DNA of 64,000 nt from a bacterium. GTDB taxonomy: Bacteria > Patescibacteriota > Minisyncoccia > Phycocordibacterales > JABMNX01. Below, in pieces: positions 58,342 through 64,000 of this stretch; position 1 is the first letter of the stretch, and each line of letters begins with the position of its first letter. Position numbers and translations under genes: made by a program. The DNA is taken from contig NZBM01000015.1 of the NCBI GenBank assembly GCA_002687905.1, positions 2,811-66,810 of the forward strand, given 5' to 3'. The notes below the pieces were generated by a model, which did not search any database, had not been told where the DNA came from, and saw only the letters and a list, made by a program, of their open reading frames with translations.

Positions 58342-58964
58342 ATGATACTGTTACCTAGAGCTTTGGTGAGGCGTTTAAAGAGGTGGGGCTACTATATACC
58401 AGCTTACCGATATACACACCGGTCGCTTATGAAAGCCTTCTACTTTCACGAAGTTTTCGGCGAGATTAAAAATGTTGACGGCGATGTGGTTGAATGTGGA
58501 GTAGGCTACGGCAATAGCATAGTAATTCTCGGTAGTTTAGTAGATCTAAACAAAAAAGAGCGAAGGGTAATAGGTTTTGACTCTTTTGAGGGATTCCCGG
58601 ATACAAACGAAGATTGGTCACGGGCAGCACATTTTAAAGGCGCTAACGTAAAAAGAGTAGAGAAGCGAATAGAATCAGCAAAATTACCCATAAAGATCAA
58701 ACTCATAAAAGGTTTTTTGAGGATACCCTTGAATCATATAATGGAAAAATAGCCTTTCTACATATAGATGTAGATATTGCTTCTTCATATATAACAACAC
58801 TTGAGAAATTGTTTGATAAAGTCGAGAGTGGAGGAGTTGTACTTTTTGATGAGTATAAAAATCCACACTGGGTGGAGGCAACTGAAGCAATAGATAAGTT
58901 TCTTGGTGGAAGATACGAAATAAGAAAATGCAAAGTTAACGATAAGTACTATATTGTGAAATGA
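58342..58964 (+). pseudogene. TylF/MycF/NovP-family O-methyltransferase with a 1-bp frameshift in a T-run
   Basis: GDVVECGVGYG, FDSFEGFP, LIKGF, then in another frame FEDTL...IAFLHIDVD...GGVVLFDEY. Six T are present where seven are needed (about 58713-58718). The restored stop overlaps the next ATG. Confidence 0.8.
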
Positions 58965-60025
58965 GCACCATGACGCAGAACAAGATTATAGAAAACATAT
59001 TTAAGGAAATTGAGGCGATAGGAGACATATCGCAAAAAAATGTAGTGCCGCGAGGTGCACGTGTCTTGCTTGCGTACAAGGTTTTCCGGGCGCTTGATCG
59101 GCATCGTTTTAGACTCGAGCCTGCTGATATTGAAGAGTGTCTCGGGGACCTTGTAGATACACGAGAGTTTCTAGAGAACCTTCTTAAAGAGAATAATTTC
59201 ACCGAATCAGAGAAGACACAAGGTGTAGTAAAAGAGCCAATAGAAGAGGCTGAGCGCATGCAATATCTCTACGGCCTTGCGTGGGGTGAGCAATCAGATC
59301 AGGAGTATTATCACGGCGCATCACACTTTAAAGACAGATTACTTAATAGCAATATTGATATTTCTTTTCTTGAGAGTGCTAATTGTCTTGATCTAGGCAC
59401 TGGACACGCTCGATATGCTCTTGCAATGCTACATCTCGGGGCTAAATCTGTGACTGGAGTTGATTTTAGTAAGTACTGTCTTGATGAGACGGAGAGAAGA
59501 TTAAAATCGCATTCTAAAGAGCGCTCAAAAATAAAACTGGTACATAAAGATGTCTATGATCTTCCAAAGGATATGAACAATACATTTGATTTTGTTTGTG
59601 CAAATAGTTTTATTCACCACCTTTCTGATCCAGAGCGCGCTTTAGAAATAGTATACAAAACCATGAAGCGCGGCGGACACGCTTTTGTATTTGTATTTGC
59701 TGAAGACAATACTCCTACCTGGCGGGCAATAGACTTAATGCGTGAGCTTCTAAAACCTGTACCTATTTGGCATACTCACAAAACTGTCAAAGGATTTGAG
59801 GTTCCAGGTAACAAGATTTTTAACTTTCTTGATTACTCTTATACTCCTATTCAACATAGATTCAAGAGAAAAAAGTTTGAGAAGACTCTCAAGGATATAG
59901 GGTTTAAGGATATTAAATTTCTGGAGGGTGGGGTTATCCATGACTCTGTTCTTCGCTCAAGAATGTTTGAGGCAGACAAATTGCTGTACGGAAACTCTGA
60001 GATCAGGTATCTCCTGAAAAAATGA
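58961..60025 (+). CDS. Class I SAM-dependent methyltransferase
   Basis: LDLGTGHARY, GVDFS, FDFVCANSFIHH. Confidence 0.85.
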   Translation: MSTMTQNKIIENIFKEIEAIGDISQKNVVPRGARVLLAYKVFRALDRHRFRLEPADIEECLGDLVDTREFLENLLKENNFTESEKTQGVVKEPIEEAERMQYLYGLAWGEQSDQEYYHGASHFKDRLLNSNIDISFLESANCLDLGTGHARYALAMLHLGAKSVTGVDFSKYCLDETERRLKSHSKERSKIKLVHKDVYDLPKDMNNTFDFVCANSFIHHLSDPERALEIVYKTMKRGGHAFVFVFAEDNTPTWRAIDLMRELLKPVPIWHTHKTVKGFEVPGNKIFNFLDYSYTPIQHRFKRKKFEKTLKDIGFKDIKFLEGGVIHDSVLRSRMFEADKLLYGNSEIRYLLKK

Positions 60026-60026
60026 T

Positions 60027-61874
60027 ATGTGTGGTATAGCCGGAATTCTTGATCTAAATGAAAGACCTATTAAGAAGGATGTCCTTAAAGCTATGGTGAA
60101 AGCTCAAGTTCATCGAGGTCCAAACGATGAGGGAATCTATATAGACAACTCTATAGGACTTGGTCACAGAAGGCTTAGCATTATTGATCTAAGTAAGGCA
60201 GGACACCAGCCTATGGGAAGTACTCATAAGGATTTACATATCGTAACTAATGGTGAAATTTACAACTACATTGAATTAAAAGAAGAACTTGGAGGAGAGT
60301 ATCAGAGTGCAAGTGATACAGAAGTACTACTAAAAGCATATGAAAAGTGGGATGAGAATTGCCTTTCTCATCTAAATGGCATATTTGCGTTTGCAATCTG
60401 GGACGAAAAAAAACAAAGACTCTTTGCAGCAAGAGATCATATGGGGGTTAAGCCTTTTTATTATGTAATAGAGGGGGGCGTTTTTTATTTTGCATCGGAA
60501 ATAAAAGCGCTTTTTGCGGCAGGAATAAAGGCGGTTCCAAATGACAGGATAATTTCTGATTATCTAAAATACGGTTTTTACGAACATTCAGAGGAGACCT
60601 TCTTTGAAAGTATAAAGCAGTTAATGCCTGGGCACTATCTAACATCAGAGAGAGGTGAAATAAGAGTAAAAAGGTACTGGCACTTGCCGGATAACGTATC
60701 AGATCTTAGCTCTCTTTCTGATAAAGATGTGCAAGACAGATACAGAGAATTAGTTACAAAATCAATAACAAGACAATTAAGAAGCGATGTGCCTGTTGGA
60801 ATTCCGGCGAGTGGGGGGCTTGATTGCTCCATAATAACCGGAGTGGTTAATCAGATTAACGAAGGGCAAAAAAACTTTCAACTTTTTTCCTGGATTTATG
60901 GCAATCCAGATTATGACGAGACGCCCTTTGCAAGCTCGCTTGCAAATTCTTTAGGTTGGGACATTAGTTTTTTTGAACTCTCTCCACAGAAAGCTTTGGA
61001 CATTATTCCTGACGTTATGAAAGCAGAGGAGCAGCCGTTTCCTGGGATATCAATAGTCGCACGTCATCTTTTATACAAAGAAGCTGACCCAAATTTAATT
61101 GTACTTATAGAGGGGCACGGCGGTGACGAGATAGGCGGAGGATATCCATACTATTTTGGAAACTTTATTAGTGATTTGGTAAAAAAAGAAAGCACTAAAG
61201 AAATAGAAACCGAGATTGAAGCCTATGCAAATCTTCACAGACTAACAAAAGAAGAAATGGATTCTGTATTAAAAATGGGTCTTGAAGCCTATAGTAGTGG
61301 TGGAGTATCAGCTGATGCGAGTAAGTTTTCAAGTAGTAATTACTTAAACAACGATTTCATATCATTCGTTAAAAGAGATATGCCTAAACTAGATTTACCT
61401 TTTAAAAGTCGTCTGGCAAACATTCAATATAGAGACCTTCGCTACACCAAGGAGCCAAGAGTCTTGCGCAGCGTAGACAGGAATTCAATGGCTTATGGTA
61501 AGGAAGTAAGAGTCCCTTTCTTAGACCATAAAATAGTAGAGTTTTGTTTTTCCCTTCCACCAAGGCAAAAGATAAGAAATGGCACACAACGCTTCTTTAT
61601 GAGGGAAGCTTTCAAGGATTTATTACCGCCTCATATTCTAAATACTCCAAAAAGGGCTGTTCCTGACCCACAGAGGGCGTGGCTTAAGAACGAGCTTAAG
61701 GATTGGACAGAGGATATATTAAGTTCAGAATCCTTCAAGAGACGGCCTTATTTTAATCAAGAAGAAATACAAAAGGAATACAATAGATATTGTTCAAGTA
61801 CAAAAATAGAGAATTCTTTCCATATATGGCAGTGGATTAACCTTGAGTTGTGGTTTAGAAACTTTATTGACTAA
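60027..61874 (+). CDS. asnB: Asparagine synthase-like glutamine amidotransferase, second copy
   Basis: MCGIAG, HRGPN, NGEIYN, SGGLD, GHGGDE, RVPFLD. Confidence 0.92.
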   Translation: MCGIAGILDLNERPIKKDVLKAMVKAQVHRGPNDEGIYIDNSIGLGHRRLSIIDLSKAGHQPMGSTHKDLHIVTNGEIYNYIELKEELGGEYQSASDTEVLLKAYEKWDENCLSHLNGIFAFAIWDEKKQRLFAARDHMGVKPFYYVIEGGVFYFASEIKALFAAGIKAVPNDRIISDYLKYGFYEHSEETFFESIKQLMPGHYLTSERGEIRVKRYWHLPDNVSDLSSLSDKDVQDRYRELVTKSITRQLRSDVPVGIPASGGLDCSIITGVVNQINEGQKNFQLFSWIYGNPDYDETPFASSLANSLGWDISFFELSPQKALDIIPDVMKAEEQPFPGISIVARHLLYKEADPNLIVLIEGHGGDEIGGGYPYYFGNFISDLVKKESTKEIETEIEAYANLHRLTKEEMDSVLKMGLEAYSSGGVSADASKFSSSNYLNNDFISFVKRDMPKLDLPFKSRLANIQYRDLRYTKEPRVLRSVDRNSMAYGKEVRVPFLDHKIVEFCFSLPPRQKIRNGTQRFFMREAFKDLLPPHILNTPKRAVPDPQRAWLKNELKDWTEDILSSESFKRRPYFNQEEIQKEYNRYCSSTKIENSFHIWQWINLELWFRNFID

Positions 61875-61921
61875 CTGATTGTTTTCTATAAAGAATTGAT
61901 ATATAAATCAACAATCTTTTT

Positions 61922-62914
61922 ATGTCCGAGAAAAACCCTAAAAAAGGCATGAATTTACTTTATCTTTTTGCAGAGCGTCACCCCAAAAATTTAAGGGAGC
62001 TAATTCGCAGTTATATTCCCCAAGAAGAATTTGAGGTTCGCGAGATGTCGTATTTAGAAAGTACGGAAGATCAAATAGAAAAAATTAAATGGGCTGAGGC
62101 GGCTCTACTTGCTCCTGGGCGTCATCTAAAAGATGAAGTGTTGGCTTCTGGCGGACATCTAAAGCTTATGCAGATTTGGAGTTCCGGATATGACAAATTT
62201 AACCTTAAGGCGGCAACGGAGGCTGGAATTCCTGTGTCTAACAATGGCGGCGCAAATAGAATTGCTGTAGCAGAGCAAACTTTTCTTTTAATGTTGTCAG
62301 TTTACAAGCGCTTACCAGACTCTCATCGCAGAGTTGTTACTGGCAATTGGGAAGGAAATAGTCATGGTATGGATATGTTTATCTTGTATGGGAAGACTTT
62401 GGGGATTGTTGGCCTCGGAGCAATAGGTCGTGAAGTTGCAGTGCGCGCCAAGGCTTTTGGCATGAAAGTTCTTTATTACGATATAAAAAGGTTAAGTCCA
62501 AAAGAAGAAAAAGAGTTTGGAGTGGAATACGCCGAGCTTGAGAGATTGTACAAAGAGTCGGACGTGGTCACCTTACATCTCAATTACACACCTGAAGTTG
62601 AGAATATGATTAGTGCGCGCGAACTAAGCCTAATGAAAAACGGCGCTATCGTCATAAATGCTTCAAGAGGTGAGCTCATTGATAATGATGCGCTATTAAA
62701 AGCTCTAAACGATAAAAAAATTGGTGGAGCAGGGTTTGACGCTCACAGACAGGAACCAACTGTGTCAAATGATCCACTTCTAATGCACCCTAACTTCGTA
62801 GGCACACCTCATATGGCTTGCACATACGACACTCACGTGATGGCGCTTAAGGCATCAATAGAAAATCTACTTCGAGCTAAACGTGGGGAGAAGCCTTTTT
62901 GGCGTGTGAATTAA
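61922..62914 (+). CDS. D-isomer 2-hydroxyacid dehydrogenase, third copy
   Basis: SGYDK, GLGAIG, INASRG, QEP, TPHMA. Confidence 0.88.
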   Translation: MSEKNPKKGMNLLYLFAERHPKNLRELIRSYIPQEEFEVREMSYLESTEDQIEKIKWAEAALLAPGRHLKDEVLASGGHLKLMQIWSSGYDKFNLKAATEAGIPVSNNGGANRIAVAEQTFLLMLSVYKRLPDSHRRVVTGNWEGNSHGMDMFILYGKTLGIVGLGAIGREVAVRAKAFGMKVLYYDIKRLSPKEEKEFGVEYAELERLYKESDVVTLHLNYTPEVENMISARELSLMKNGAIVINASRGELIDNDALLKALNDKKIGGAGFDAHRQEPTVSNDPLLMHPNFVGTPHMACTYDTHVMALKASIENLLRAKRGEKPFWRVN

Positions 62915-62974
62915 GAATTTAATTGAAATTTATGGCTATATGTTAAGCAATATAGCCGTGCTATAGTGTCAGCC

Positions 62975-64000
62975 ATGTCTATAAGTGTATTTCTAAGAAA
63001 GGCCCTGATTTTTGGTGTATTTTTGGTGCCTTTTATTCCGCTTTTAATAACAAATTCAATGTATTTCCCGTTTATCACGGGCAAGAATTTTTTCTTTAGG
63101 ATTCTTGTTGAAATACTTCTTGCAGGCTGGGTCATACTAGCTCTCTGGGATCCTCAGTATAGACCTCGTTTTACGTGGCTTCTCGGCTCTATTGCAGCAT
63201 TCATCTCAATAATTTCCCTAGCTGACGCCTTTGGAGAAAATCCTCTAAATAGTTTTTGGAGTAATTTTGAAAGAATGGAGGGGCTTGTTGCAATTCTTCA
63301 CCTAGGTGCATATTTTCTTGTGGCTGGGGCACTTCTTAATACAAAGGAGTTGTGGGGTAAATTTTTAAACACGTCAATTGGAGTGAGTGCGATAATAGGA
63401 ATTTACGGATTGTTTCAACTTGGGGGGGCTCTCACAATAAACCAGGGCGGAGTTAGGCTTGACGGAACACTTGGAAACGCAGGTTATTTGGCAATCTATA
63501 TGCTCTTCCACATCTTCCTTACATTTTTGATGCTTACACATTCCTTTAAGCAAAAATGGATACGATATGTCTACGGAGCAATAATTCTTCTTCAGGTGGT
63601 CATTCTTTATCACACCGCAACACGTGGAGCGATACTAGGTCTTGTTGGCGGTGTATTTCTCGCTTTGCTTTTGTTTGGGTTATTTTCCAAGAATAGACCT
63701 GGTATACGTCGTGGAGTTATAGTAGCAATTGTTTCATTGGCCATAGCTACAGGCGGTTTTTTCCTAGCAAAAGATACGTCCTTTGTAAGATCAAGCCCTG
63801 TTCTTTCGCGTATCGCATCAATTTCAATTTCTGAATTAGCACCTCGTCTCGCAATATGGAATATGGGCTATCAAGCTTTTAAGGAGCATCCAATTCTTGG
63901 CTGGGGACAGGAGAATTTCATATTTGCATTTAATAAGTACTATGACCCAGCAATATATAATCAGGAACCATGGTTTGATAGAGTCCACAATATTTTCTTT
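62975..64000 (+). CDS. O-antigen ligase / O-oligosaccharyltransferase family membrane protein, 3'-truncated; absent from the ORF track
   Basis: Reads MSISVFLRKALIFGVFLVPFIPLLITNSMYFPFITGKNFFFR, later GTLGN, TATRG, RLAIW...HPILGWGQENF, WFDRVHN. TGCTATAGT lies 7 nt before the ATG. Confidence 0.88.
   Translation, partial: MSISVFLRKALIFGVFLVPFIPLLITNSMYFPFITGKNFFFRILVEILLAGWVILALWDPQYRPRFTWLLGSIAAFISIISLADAFGENPLNSFWSNFERMEGLVAILHLGAYFLVAGALLNTKELWGKFLNTSIGVSAIIGIYGLFQLGGALTINQGGVRLDGTLGNAGYLAIYMLFHIFLTFLMLTHSFKQKWIRYVYGAIILLQVVILYHTATRGAILGLVGGVFLALLLFGLFSKNRPGIRRGVIVAIVSLAIATGGFFLAKDTSFVRSSPVLSRIASISISELAPRLAIWNMGYQAFKEHPILGWGQENFIFAFNKYYDPAIYNQEPWFDRVHNIFF

Overview
64 kb of a low-GC bacterial chromosome, most likely Patescibacteria/CPR (Parcubacteria-like). 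This is inferred from the divergent, insertion-bearing, unlinked 16S gene and the gene repertoire. The first 19 kb carry rodA, a priming phosphoglycosyltransferase, secD/secF, a solitary 16S rRNA, tRNA-Ile(GAT), an Mpl-like ligase, rsmI, a VirD4/HerA-like ATPase and a lamin-tail/PKD surface protein. From about 19 kb to the end runs a >45 kb, almost entirely plus-strand surface-glycan locus. It holds six GT4s, FnlA/FnlC, NeuABC, KdsB, two AsnB amidotransferases, a sulfotransferase, five methyltransferases, an ABC flippase and an O-antigen-ligase-like transferase. Two observations stand out. (1) A module at 35.1-40.7 kb is built around a nucleotidyltransferase fused to a 2-deoxy-scyllo-inosose-synthase-like cyclase. 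With its neighbours (CDP-alcohol phosphotransferase, inositol-dehydrogenase-like oxidoreductase, second cytidylyltransferase, kinase) it suggests an undescribed CDP-cyclitol pathway. (2) Translation initiation appears to use two architectures. The 16S lacks the CCUCC anti-SD and many first genes look leaderless. In contrast, five GC-richer, self-contained single-gene cassettes each have a -35/-10 promoter, an SD 7-8 nt before the start, and a perfect GC hairpin. Two adjacent genes carry single-base frameshifts. No CRISPR array, transposase or integrase was seen. All functional calls rest on motif recognition by eye, without database searches.
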